DNA of 64,000 nucleotides from an uncultured Planctomycetota bacterium (GTDB lineage Bacteria; Planctomycetota; PLA2; JAEUHO01), in assembly GCA_963752285.1 (NCBI GenBank), contig CAVVXN010000001.1:101990-165989 (forward strand), written 5' to 3'. The first letter of the stretch is position 1. Each line of letters opens with the position of its first letter. Both the position numbers and the translations under genes were made by a program. Shown piece after piece: positions 25,557 through 34,246 of this stretch. The notes beneath the pieces are model-generated. The model made no database searches. It saw only the letters and a program-made list of their open reading frames with translations, and was not told where the DNA came from.

Positions 25557-27584
25557 ATGCGGTCCCGCCTTCTCTTCGTCGCGACCGCGCTCGCCGTCCT
25601 CCTCACGGTACCGGCGCGCGCGCGGGGCGGCGACGCCTCGCCCCTCACCGAGGCCGACCAGCGGGCCTTCGCCTGGTTCGACGGGATCGGCCTCCCCTCC
25701 ACCGCGGGGAAGCCGTACGTCCGCGTCACCTGGACGAACGCCGCCGCCGGGGAGGACGCGCCGCGGGACGAGCGCGTGTGGGAGGTGGACGGGTTCCTCA
25801 TCGACGAGAAGGACGGCACGATGACGCTGCTCGACGCGGACGGTTGGCCCCGTCGCGTGGAGCGGAGGGGCCTCGGTGCCTGGTCGGGGCGCGTGGACGA
25901 GCTCGACCTCGCCCGGGTCGCGGCGGAGGTGTCGGCGCGCCTCCGCGCGTTCGCCGAGGACCCGGCTTCCGTCGAGCCTGCGCGCGTCGTGTTCCGTGGC
26001 GTGCGGGGTCTGGTGGGGACCGCCTCCCAGTCGCTCCTCTTCGCCCGTCACGTCGCGGAGCACCATCTCGACGCCGCCGCGCACGAGATCCTCGAGGCGG
26101 CGCGCGCCCTCCCGGCGACCGACCCGTCGACGACCGCGCCGGCGCCCATCGAGGAGACGGCACGGCGCCAGATGGCCGACGCCGTGATCTGGCGCATCGT
26201 CTTCGACTTCGCCGAACGGGATGTCTCGCGGGCGCGCCTGCTCGAGCGCTACCGCGGATGGCAACGGAGCTTCCCGAAGAGCGAGCACCAGGAGCGCGTC
26301 GCCGCGGCGATCCGGGTCCTCGAGCCGATGGTGAAGGAGGACGCGACCCACCCGGGCATCTCCGACGAGGCCCTCGGGACGCTCTCCCCCGACCTCCAGG
26401 CGCGCGAGTGGGTGTTCCGGCTCCGCGACCAGGGCGGCGACGTCTCGGTCGGACGGGCGGGCGTTCGTCTCGAACCCGACGAGGACGACACGCCGCTCGA
26501 CCACCTCGTCTCGCTGGGCCTCGTGGCCGCGCCCGCGCTCGTGGACGCCCTCACGGACGCGCGATTCACGCGCGCGGTCCTGTTCCGCTTCGACGCGGAC
26601 TTCGCGCGCCAGCACGTGGCCCGCGTCGGCGACATGGCCGAGGTCGCGCTCGAACGGATCACGCACCAGAGGAACTGGGAGCCCACGGCCGACGCGCCGT
26701 CGATGTTCGACGCCGGCGCGGCGGAGGGCGTCCAGGAGAGGTGGCGCGCCTGGCTCGCCCGCGCGACCGACCTGACCGCCGCGCTCGTCGCGCTCGCGGC
26801 GGAGAAGGACCCCGCGCGGCGTGTCGAGATGGCCCGCGCGCTGCCCGATCGCGGCGCGGGTCCCCTCGGCGGCGCCCCGCGCGCGGTCTGGGGGACGAGC
26901 AGCTTCACGCGCGCGGTCCCCGGGCTCGACGACGCCGCCGCGAAGGACCTCCTCGAGGTGGTCCTCGCCAACGCCCCGAGCCCGCGCATGCAGACGCTCG
27001 CCGCCTGGGCGCTCCTCGACCTCGGCGACGAGCACGCCGTCGAGGCCGTGATCGACATCTGGAACGGCCTCGACGACGAGGAGCGTGCGGACCCGGAGCA
27101 GGGCGGGACCGTGGCCTCGTTCCTCGCCGCGTGCAACGACCCATCGGCGGTGAGCGCGCTCGCGAACGGACTCGACGCGCGGCCCCCGGCCGTGCGCGAG
27201 ATCGCGGTCCTCGCCTTCCTGGGCGAGGGACTCGGCGCGGTGCGGGGCTTCTCCGCGGACCCGCCCGCCGGATGGCGCACGGACTGGGCGCTCGAGGGCG
27301 CCGCCGCGGACGCCGCGGAGGACCTGCTCGGCGCGCGTCTCGCCGACCTCGACGTCGAACCGCTCGGGCGGATCCCGCGACAGACGCCGCTCGCGGACTT
27401 CGACCCCTCCTTCGACGCCGGCCGTCGCATCGCGGACGTCGCGATCCGCGTCCTCGGCGCGCACTGGTCGTCCGTCTATCCCCTCGAGTCCGCGCCCGTG
27501 CGCACGGCCGACGAGTGGGAGACGCTCCGCACCCGCTTCGAGAAGGCCTGGCACGACGCGGCGGCCCGTCGGGCCCCGCGCTGA
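25557..27584 (+). CDS. Secreted HEAT-repeat-like protein of unknown function
   Basis: Track ORF 25479..27584; start MRSRLLFVATALAVLLTVPARARG at 25557 after GAGGAGG. HEAT-like segments include ...AAWALLDLGDEHAVEAVI... and ...DPSAVSALANGLDARPPAVREIAVLAF. Confidence 0.55.
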   Translation: MRSRLLFVATALAVLLTVPARARGGDASPLTEADQRAFAWFDGIGLPSTAGKPYVRVTWTNAAAGEDAPRDERVWEVDGFLIDEKDGTMTLLDADGWPRRVERRGLGAWSGRVDELDLARVAAEVSARLRAFAEDPASVEPARVVFRGVRGLVGTASQSLLFARHVAEHHLDAAAHEILEAARALPATDPSTTAPAPIEETARRQMADAVIWRIVFDFAERDVSRARLLERYRGWQRSFPKSEHQERVAAAIRVLEPMVKEDATHPGISDEALGTLSPDLQAREWVFRLRDQGGDVSVGRAGVRLEPDEDDTPLDHLVSLGLVAAPALVDALTDARFTRAVLFRFDADFARQHVARVGDMAEVALERITHQRNWEPTADAPSMFDAGAAEGVQERWRAWLARATDLTAALVALAAEKDPARRVEMARALPDRGAGPLGGAPRAVWGTSSFTRAVPGLDDAAAKDLLEVVLANAPSPRMQTLAAWALLDLGDEHAVEAVIDIWNGLDDEERADPEQGGTVASFLAACNDPSAVSALANGLDARPPAVREIAVLAFLGEGLGAVRGFSADPPAGWRTDWALEGAAADAAEDLLGARLADLDVEPLGRIPRQTPLADFDPSFDAGRRIADVAIRVLGAHWSSVYPLESAPVRTADEWETLRTRFEKAWHDAAARRAPR

Positions 27585-27606
27585 CCGGGAACCGGGAGAC
27601 CCTCCC

Positions 27607-28971
27607 ATGCGTCTTCGCCGCGCCCGCCCCGTCGCGCTCGGACTCCTCGTCCTCGGGCTCCTCACACCGCCCGCGGCCCGTGCGGGGGAGGGAGACCTCC
27701 CCGAGGCGAAGCCCGTGCGCGTCGAGATCGCCGACGGGATGCGGCTCGCGGGGACGTTCTGGCCCGCGCGCGCCGCGCACGGCGCCGGCGTGGTCCTCCT
27801 CCACGACTTCCGACGCGACCGGAGCGCGTGGGACCGCGTCCTCCCCGCCCTTCGCGTGCGCGACGTCGCCGTCCTCGTCGTCGACGCGAGAGGCCACGGC
27901 GAGAGCGCGAAGCAGGGCGACGTGGACCTCTCCCTCGCGGTACGGAAGCGCGACCCGAAGGTCTTCGCCGCGATGCACGAGGACGCGATCGCCGCGGTGC
28001 GCTGGCTCGCGAAGGAGGGCGGGTGCGACCCGAGGCGCATCGCCCTGGTCGGCGCGGGGCTCGGGGGGTCGGTCGCCGTGGACGCCGCGCGCCGGCACCC
28101 GGACCTCGTCGCGGCGGTGCTCGAGATGACGCCGAGCGCCCGGTCCCTGGGCCTCGACACCCTCGCGAACGTGAAGGGCCTCCCGGCCGAGACGCCGCTG
28201 CTCCTCCTCGCGCACCGTGCGGACCTCGCGCTCGGAGCGAGCGAGCTCGTCGCGGCGCGGCCCGCGACGCGCCTCGTCGTCTACGACGACAAGGCGCCCG
28301 CGCAGGTCGTGGACGAGCCCACGTGGGCCCGCGGCACGGAGATGTTCGCCGGCATACCGCTCGTCGAGCAGACCGTCGCGAGCTTCGTGGCGGCGAAGAC
28401 GGGCTCGAAGGTCGAGAACGTGGTGCTCGACGGCGTCGTCACCCCCGACGGCCCGGACGCCGACCCGTGGCCGGAGGCGATCGACGTCGGCCAGCCGGGC
28501 GGGGACGGCCGCGCCTGGGCCTTCCGGGTCGGGCACCGCGTGCTCTTCGGGGGAACGGCGCACGCCGGCGTCCACGGGCTCCGGTTCGAGGTGCAGACGG
28601 GGGACCACCAGGAGAAGAGCGCGGACGACGAGGACCAGCCGGGCCTCGCCCTCGGGCCGGGTCAGGTCGTGGGATTCGACCTCGACACGGGGCGCGTCCT
28701 CTGGTCGTGGGGCGGCATGGGGTCGGTGCCCGGCTTCCCGGGCATGGACACGTCGAAGCTCTTCGGCAAGACGTACCCGGTCGTGCGCGTGACCCACGAC
28801 GAGGCGGGGACGAGCTTCGAGGGCGAGTGGTACGTCCCGTCGTTCGGGTCCTCGGAGGGAGCGATGGACCTCCGCCTGCTCGTCCGGTTCGACCGGACGG
28901 CCCATCCCGGCCCGCGAGGCGGGATGATGGAGTTCGACCCCGTGCACGCCGTGGACGTCCCGTCGCGGTGA
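27607..28971 (+). CDS. Secreted alpha/beta-hydrolase-fold protein with altered nucleophile elbow plus C-terminal beta-rich domain
   Basis: Track ORF of 454 aa with a signal peptide. ...GVVLLHDFRRDRSAW...VVDARGHGES...RIALVGAGLGGSVAV: GAGLG occupies the place of GxSxG. The C-terminal 200 aa are CBM9/DOMON-like by composition only. Confidence 0.55.
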   Translation: MRLRRARPVALGLLVLGLLTPPAARAGEGDLPEAKPVRVEIADGMRLAGTFWPARAAHGAGVVLLHDFRRDRSAWDRVLPALRVRDVAVLVVDARGHGESAKQGDVDLSLAVRKRDPKVFAAMHEDAIAAVRWLAKEGGCDPRRIALVGAGLGGSVAVDAARRHPDLVAAVLEMTPSARSLGLDTLANVKGLPAETPLLLLAHRADLALGASELVAARPATRLVVYDDKAPAQVVDEPTWARGTEMFAGIPLVEQTVASFVAAKTGSKVENVVLDGVVTPDGPDADPWPEAIDVGQPGGDGRAWAFRVGHRVLFGGTAHAGVHGLRFEVQTGDHQEKSADDEDQPGLALGPGQVVGFDLDTGRVLWSWGGMGSVPGFPGMDTSKLFGKTYPVVRVTHDEAGTSFEGEWYVPSFGSSEGAMDLRLLVRFDRTAHPGPRGGMMEFDPVHAVDVPSR

Positions 28972-29007
28972 GGGGAGGCGCCTCGCGCCGGAACGAGGGA
29001 GAACGCG

Positions 29008-29373
29008 ATGGCCCGCAACGTCCTCGGTGGCCCGCTAGAGCTCTGCGGCACCGACCCGCCCACCGGCTTCTTCCGGTCGGGTCGGTGCGACACCGGGCGC
29101 GACGACCCCGGGCTCCACTGCGTCTGCGCCCGCATGACCGAGGAGTTCCTCGCCTTCAGCGCGCGGCGGGGAAACGACCTGACGATGCCCCTCCCGGCCA
29201 TCTCGTTCCCGGGGCTCGTGCCGGGAGACCGGTGGTGCCTCTGCATCGCGCGCTGGAAGGAGGCGCTCGAGGCGGGCGTCGCCCCGCCCGTCGTGCTCGA
29301 GGCCACGCACATGTCCACGTTGGAGTTCGTCTCGCTCGAGGACTTGCGGCGTCACGCGGTGGGCCCGGTCTGA
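29008..29373 (+). CDS. DUF2237 family protein
   Basis: Track ORF of 121 aa. MARNVLGGPLELCGTDPPTGFFRSGRCDTG...HCVCA...RWCLCIARWKEA is characteristic. Confidence 0.7.
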   Translation: MARNVLGGPLELCGTDPPTGFFRSGRCDTGRDDPGLHCVCARMTEEFLAFSARRGNDLTMPLPAISFPGLVPGDRWCLCIARWKEALEAGVAPPVVLEATHMSTLEFVSLEDLRRHAVGPV

Positions 29374-29404
29374 GGTCCGGCGCGCGGGCGGCCACGGAGG
29401 TCCG

Positions 29405-29779
29405 ATGAGAACGCTTCAGTACGCCATCGTGTTCGTCTCGGACATGACCCGATCGGTGGCCTTCTACCGGGACGTGCTCGGCCTGCCCCTCCGCTTCGAG
29501 TCGCCGGGATGGAGCGAGCTCGCGAACGAGGGGACCACGATCGCGCTCCATGCGTCGTCGGCCGGCCGGGGCGAACCCGCGTCCGCCGAGGACCGGCCGG
29601 GAACGTGCCGTCTCGGCTTCCAGGTAGAGGACCTCGACGCGACGCATCGCCAGCTCCTCGAGCGCGACGTGACCTGTCTCTCGGCGCCGAAGGCGCAGGC
29701 GTACGGGATCCGGCAGGCCGTCTACGCCGACCCCGACGGCCTGACGTTCACGCTCGCTCAGCGCATGGCCCGCGGCTGA
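29405..29779 (+). CDS. VOC / glyoxalase family protein
   Basis: Track ORF of 124 aa. YAIVFVSDMTRSVAFYRDVLGL...GFQVEDLDATHRQL...VYADPDGLTFTL. Confidence 0.75.
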   Translation: MRTLQYAIVFVSDMTRSVAFYRDVLGLPLRFESPGWSELANEGTTIALHASSAGRGEPASAEDRPGTCRLGFQVEDLDATHRQLLERDVTCLSAPKAQAYGIRQAVYADPDGLTFTLAQRMARG

Positions 29780-29800
29780 CGCGGCGATCGTCGTTCGGCG

Positions 29801-30232
29801 TCACTCGTCCGCCTCGCCGGCGAGGCGCGGACGCGCGCCGGGCCGGCGCAGGGTGAGCGCGATCCCGCCGAGGATCGTCGCGCTCGCGGCGACGATCCGC
29901 ACGGTCGGCGCCTCGCTGAGAAGGGGGATCGCGGCCGCGGCCGCGAGGACCGGAACGGCGAGCGGCACGACCGCCGCGGGCGTCGCCTCGAGCCGCGGCA
30001 GCGCCGCATACCCAGCGGCGTAGCCGAGGCCGGACGCGACCGCGCCGGACGCGATGCGCACGAGCGTGAACGTCGCCGGGTCGATGCCCCCGCGCGGCAA
30101 CGCGTCCCGGCAGAGGAGGGAGTTGCCCGCGAACGCGACGAGCGCCACCGCGACCCAGGCGTAGGGCGGGGCGTCGCCGCCGGTGCGGGTCGCTTCGCTC
30201 GACGGTCGGGCCCTACCCATGCGCGCATTCAA
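29801..30232 (-). CDS. Short EamA/DMT-like membrane protein (possibly an internally deleted transporter)
   Basis: Track ORF of 143 aa. The N-terminus resembles the start of an EamA transporter ([40 protein letters not shown]). It is followed directly by a typical EamA C-terminal end ([32 protein letters not shown]...ILGGIAL). Confidence 0.45.
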   Translation of the reverse strand: MNARMGRARPSSEATRTGGDAPPYAWVAVALVAFAGNSLLCRDALPRGGIDPATFTLVRIASGAVASGLGYAAGYAALPRLEATPAAVVPLAVPVLAAAAAIPLLSEAPTVRIVAASATILGGIALTLRRPGARPRLAGEADE

Positions 30233-30279
30233 GAATGGTCCGGGGGGCTCGGCCGGAGAGCGACCCCCGGGAGGGCGCC

Positions 30280-31266
30280 GTGCAGAAGATTCGACTGGGA
30301 GCGGGCGGTCCCGAGATCCCCGTGCTGGGCCTGGGTTGCATGGGGATGAGCGAGTTCTACGGCGCCCCGGACGCCGAACGAGCCGTCGCCACGATCCAAC
30401 ACGCGCTGGACCTCGGCTGCACGTTCTTCGACACGTCCGACATGTACGGCCGCGGGGAGAACGAGAAGCTCTTGTGCCGCGCCCTCGGGAACCGGCGCGA
30501 CGAGGCCGTGATCGCCACGAAGTTCGGGGTCCGCCGTTCCGCGGATGGCGGGTTCTCGGGCGTCAGCGGGAGCCCCGAGTACGTGCGCCAGGCCTGCGAC
30601 GGTTCGCTCGCACGCCTCGGCACCGACGTGATCGACCTCTACTACCAGCACCGTGTCGATCCCGACGTGCCGATCGAGGACACCGTGGGGGCGATGGCCG
30701 AGCTCGTCCGCGCGGGCAAGGTCCGTCGCCTCGGCCTCTCGGAGGCGGCACCGGACACGATCCGCCGGGCGCACGCCGTGCATCCCATCTCGGCGCTCCA
30801 GACCGAGTACTCGCTCTGGTCCCGCGAGCCCGAGGAGGAGCTCCTGGCCCTCACGAAGGAGCTCGGCATCACGTTCGTGAGCTACAGCCCGCTTGGACGG
30901 GGCTTCCTCGCGGGACGGTTCCACCGCCCCACCGACCTCGACGAGGGCGACGCCCGCCGGCACTTCCCGCGCTTCCAGGCCGGGAACTTCGAGGAGAACC
31001 TGAAGATCGCGGACGCCGTGACGGCGGTCGCGTCCGCGAAGGGCAGGACGCCGGCCCAAGTCGCGCTCGCCTGGGTACTCGGCGGGTCCGACCACGTGGC
31101 CGCGATCCCCGGGACGACCCGGGTCGCACGTATCGAGGAGAACGTCGCCGCGGCCGACCTCGTGCTCACGCCCGCCGAGCGAGAGCAGCTCGAGCGCGCG
31201 GCGCCTCCGGGTCGGGCCGCGGGGACGCGGTATCCCGAGCGCGGGATGCGTACGGTGCACCGGTGA
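30280..31266 (+). CDS. Aldo/keto reductase
   Basis: Track ORF 30235..31266. The preferred start is GTG at 30280 (VQKIRLG), after GGGAGGG. Motifs: [32 protein letters not shown]. Confidence 0.85.
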   Translation: MQKIRLGAGGPEIPVLGLGCMGMSEFYGAPDAERAVATIQHALDLGCTFFDTSDMYGRGENEKLLCRALGNRRDEAVIATKFGVRRSADGGFSGVSGSPEYVRQACDGSLARLGTDVIDLYYQHRVDPDVPIEDTVGAMAELVRAGKVRRLGLSEAAPDTIRRAHAVHPISALQTEYSLWSREPEEELLALTKELGITFVSYSPLGRGFLAGRFHRPTDLDEGDARRHFPRFQAGNFEENLKIADAVTAVASAKGRTPAQVALAWVLGGSDHVAAIPGTTRVARIEENVAAADLVLTPAEREQLERAAPPGRAAGTRYPERGMRTVHR

Positions 31267-31475
31267 CCGGCGCCGCGAACGAGTCGGCGCGGGCCAACCT
31301 CGACCGACGCGGCCGCTGGCTCCGCCTGGGAGCCGGCGTGCTGCTGCTCCCGGCGGTCGCGGGGACGTTCCTCTGGATGGTGGACCGCCACGTGGACCGG
31401 GTCGCGCGCCTCGCGCTCTTCGTGCCGCTCGTCGTCGCGTCGCTCTGCCTGGCGCAGGCGTCCGCCTCGACCTGA
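31263..31475 (+). CDS. Small membrane protein; the reading frame continues past an in-frame TGA to 31640
   Basis: The GTG at 31263 overlaps the AKR stop (GTGA). Product: [40 protein letters not shown]...[19 protein letters not shown], then TGA (31473-31475). 54 further G/C3-rich codons follow in the same frame and end at TGA 31638-31640. Confidence 0.5.
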   Translation: MTGAANESARANLDRRGRWLRLGAGVLLLPAVAGTFLWMVDRHVDRVARLALFVPLVVASLCLAQASAST

Positions 31476-31644
31476 GTGGCCCTCGCGCGGCGCGGTCGGC
31501 GCGTGGTGGACGGCGAGGAGTGTGTGGTCGGGGACGCGGCCGTCGCCGCGGCCCTCCGCGCCCGCGCGGCGCGGATCTGGACCGGATCGCTCCTCGCGGC
31601 GGCCGCCGTGACGATCGCGCTCCTGCTCGCGCCGGCCTGAGGCG

Positions 31645-32271
31645 CTACTCGCTCCGCTTGTTCTCGACCTGCTGGATCACGCCGCAGGCGACGCGCGCGC
31701 CCGCGTTGCCGCTCGGCTGGGTCTTCAGGTCGTCCTCGCCCGCGTGGACGATCACCGCCTTGCCGATGATGGAGTCGGGTCCGTCGAGGCGCATGACCGG
31801 GTCGCGCCAGACGAGGGTCGCCTTGCCGTCGGCGTCCGCCTCGACGTTCCCCAGGTCACCGACGTGACGGTCCGCCGACGTGCGCGCGCCGTGCTGCTTG
31901 TTCGTGGGGTTGAAGTGGCCGCCCGCGCTCGAGCCGTCCGGCGCGGAGCAGTCGCCCTTCTCGTGGACGTGGAAGCCGTGCTTCCCGGGCGTGAGTCCCG
32001 TGATCTCGGCGCGAACCACCACGACGTCCTTCTCCTGGGAGAAGGTGACGGTGCCCTTTACGTGGTTCCCCTCCGTCGGCTCCAGGTCCGCCGTCGCCTG
32101 GAGGCCGGAGGCCGAGGGGCTCGGCATCGCCTCGGACGGCGACGAGGGCGTCTCGCGCGAGGAGGCCTCGTTTCCGGCGGGCTCGTTCGCATGGTCGGCC
32201 GTGTCGGTCCGACCGCAGGCGATCAGGCTCGCGAAGAGGACCACCGGCAGGATCGTTCGTGCACATCGCAT
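31645..32271 (-). CDS. sodC: Cu/Zn superoxide dismutase, lipoprotein form
   Basis: In track ORF 31645..32562(-). The internal start MRCARTILPVVLFASLIACG (lipobox) is at 32271. Metal-site motifs: HGFHVHEKGDC, GGHFNP, HVGDLGN, VIVHAGEDD. Confidence 0.85.
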   Translation of the reverse strand: MRCARTILPVVLFASLIACGRTDTADHANEPAGNEASSRETPSSPSEAMPSPSASGLQATADLEPTEGNHVKGTVTFSQEKDVVVVRAEITGLTPGKHGFHVHEKGDCSAPDGSSAGGHFNPTNKQHGARTSADRHVGDLGNVEADADGKATLVWRDPVMRLDGPDSIIGKAVIVHAGEDDLKTQPSGNAGARVACGVIQQVENKRSE

Positions 32272-32648
32272 GGCGCATCGCTCCACATCGTGGGTTCGAA
32301 GCCTCCCGGTCCTGCAAGGCGGGGACCAGCCGGAGCCCGCGACATCCGGGCCCAACCACCGGTCGCGCCGCCCGAATCGGAAGTCCCGCGCCGATCCGCT
32401 CGGCTCGCCAGCCCCGGTTCCGCTCCGCGACGTCCCGGCGTCCGTCGTCGCGCACGGGCAGGTCGGCCGGACGGGGACGTCGTCGGGGTTCTGTGCGGGG
32501 GTCGGTTCGCCGGGCGTCTCCGTCGCCGGGAGGACGCCGTCGTCGTCCGGCAGGCAGTCCACGGGACCGCGCGCGCCCTCCAGACCGACGGCCGGGCCCC
32601 CCCTTCGCCGCGGCCGGTAGGATGCGGAGGCTCGAGCGAGAGGAAGAC

Positions 32649-34112
32649 ATGGGGCGGCTGTGGATCGCGGTCCTCCTGGTGGTCGTAGCGCGCCTCGCCC
32701 CCGAGATCGGGCGGCGCGGCATGCACTTCGACGGCCTCGTGTACGCGGCCGTCTCCCGGAACCTCGCCCACGGCGAGGGGACGGCCTGGGCGCCGCGCGC
32801 GAGCGAGACGATCTTCAATCCCTTCTACGAGCACCCTCCGCTCTTCTTCTGGCTGGAGTCGGTCCCGTTTCACTGGAGCGACTCGGAGTGGGTCGAGAAG
32901 TGCTTCTCGCTCGCGACGCTCCTGGGCGCGCTCGGGCTGACGTTCCTCCTGATCGACCTCCTCGCGCCGGTGGACCGCGCGACGGCGATCCCGCTGAAGG
33001 GCCTCGCGGCGGTCCCGTGGATCGCCTCGGGACTCACGGCCTGGGTGTACGCGAACAACGTCCTCGAGACGCTGCTCACCCTGTTCGCCCTGGGCGCCGT
33101 GATCGCCTTCGTGGCGGGCGAGCGCACGTCGTCGCGTCCCGCCGCCCTCGCGTGGGGCGCCCTGGGCGCGGTCCTCGTCGCCGCCGCGGTCCTGACGAAG
33201 GGGCCGACCGGCCTCTTCCCCGTCGCCGCGCCGTTCCTCTACGTCCTCGCGACGCGTCCGCGCGCGTGGGCCGCCGGTCTTCGCTCGTCGGTGCTCGCCA
33301 CGCTCGCGTGCGGGTCGCTCCTCGGCGGGGTCTGGCTGTCGGTCGGCGCCGCGCGCGACTTCGCGTCGCACTACTGGGCGCAGCAGATCGTCGCCACGGT
33401 CTCCGGCGCGCGGGGCGTGGACCGCACGGGCGCGTCCCTCGTCGTGCTGGCCCGGGCCCTCTTCCACGCACTCTGGCCGGTTGGGGTGCCTTTCGGCGTC
33501 GTCCTCCTTCTCCGGTGGCGCGCGCGCGCGCGGCGCGCCTTCGACCGCGGGCTCGCCCGCGCGGGGGCGTTCCTCCTCCTGGTGGGACTCTCCGCCTCGC
33601 TCCCGCTCGCGATCACGCCGATCGTGCGCGGTCACTACCTCGCGCCGTCCACGCCCTTCTACGCGGCGGGCTTCGCGTGCCTCGGCGTCGCCGCGTGGCC
33701 GTTCGAGGGTCTCTCCGCCTTCCTCCACCGCCTCGTCGTCCGCGCCGCGGCCGTCGCCCTCGTCGTCGCGGTCGCCGTGGGCTTCGCCGTTCTCTTCCGG
33801 GACGGCCCCCATCCCGTTCGCGACCGCGCGTCGCAGGAGATGCTCGACGTGTGCGCGCGCGAGGGCCTTCGGGAGGAGCGCCTCGACATGTCGCCGGCGC
33901 TCGACCGCGCGTGGTCGCTCCACGCGTACCTCGAGCGGCACCTCGGACTCAGCATGGTCGAGACGGCCCGTCCGACCGGCGCGTACTACCTCGTCCCGTC
34001 CGAGCAGGTCCGCGCGCTGCCCGACGCGTACCAGGTGCCCGACGAGAACCGCACGTCGCGCTACGCCCTGGCCGTTCGCGCTGGTGGGGCCGGACCGCAC
34101 GGGGCCCGCTGA
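32649..34112 (+). CDS. Family 39-like (ArnT/PMT-type) membrane glycosyltransferase
   Basis: In track ORF 32259..34112 from MGRLWIAVLLVVVARLAPEI, after GAGAGGAAG. It is polytopic, with an early DGLVYAAVSRNL loop and many TM segments. Confidence 0.6.
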   Translation: MGRLWIAVLLVVVARLAPEIGRRGMHFDGLVYAAVSRNLAHGEGTAWAPRASETIFNPFYEHPPLFFWLESVPFHWSDSEWVEKCFSLATLLGALGLTFLLIDLLAPVDRATAIPLKGLAAVPWIASGLTAWVYANNVLETLLTLFALGAVIAFVAGERTSSRPAALAWGALGAVLVAAAVLTKGPTGLFPVAAPFLYVLATRPRAWAAGLRSSVLATLACGSLLGGVWLSVGAARDFASHYWAQQIVATVSGARGVDRTGASLVVLARALFHALWPVGVPFGVVLLLRWRARARRAFDRGLARAGAFLLLVGLSASLPLAITPIVRGHYLAPSTPFYAAGFACLGVAAWPFEGLSAFLHRLVVRAAAVALVVAVAVGFAVLFRDGPHPVRDRASQEMLDVCAREGLREERLDMSPALDRAWSLHAYLERHLGLSMVETARPTGAYYLVPSEQVRALPDAYQVPDENRTSRYALAVRAGGAGPHGAR

Positions 34113-34246
34113 GGGGCCGGACCGTCGCAGGGCGGCGACCGGCGCCCCGCGCCCTCCTCGGTCGGGACGCCGCCGCCCGCGCCCACGCGATCTCCCTATC
34201 CTGTGCGCGGGGCGGGCGCGGGTCGGGGCGGACGACGAGGTGCGCT

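Noticed and set aside
31473-31475. Selenocysteine recoding of the in-frame TGA.
   Set aside because: There is no CxxU/UxxC-type redox context. The protein is a small hydrophobic membrane protein. Any downstream hairpin is indistinguishable from GC-rich background. It is kept only as a low-probability alternative in the corresponding finding.
32285-32310. A tRNA-like T-loop string, gggttcgaagcc.
   Set aside because: The flanking bases cannot form the T-stem (gtggg versus cctcc is not complementary), and no acceptor or anticodon arms are apparent. I found no tRNA gene anywhere in the window by eye.
32272-32562. A 97-codon N-terminal extension of the sodC ORF, including about 37 codons with almost exclusively G/C third positions (VDCLPDDDGVLPATETPGEPTPAQNPDDVPVRPTCPC...).
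   Set aside because: A complete lipoprotein signal peptide (MRCARTILPVVLFASLIACG) begins at the internal ATG 32271, so SodC almost certainly starts there. The rest of the extension has weaker codon bias, and I recognise no family. I cannot fully explain the codon-bias patch; it might be a decayed gene fragment.
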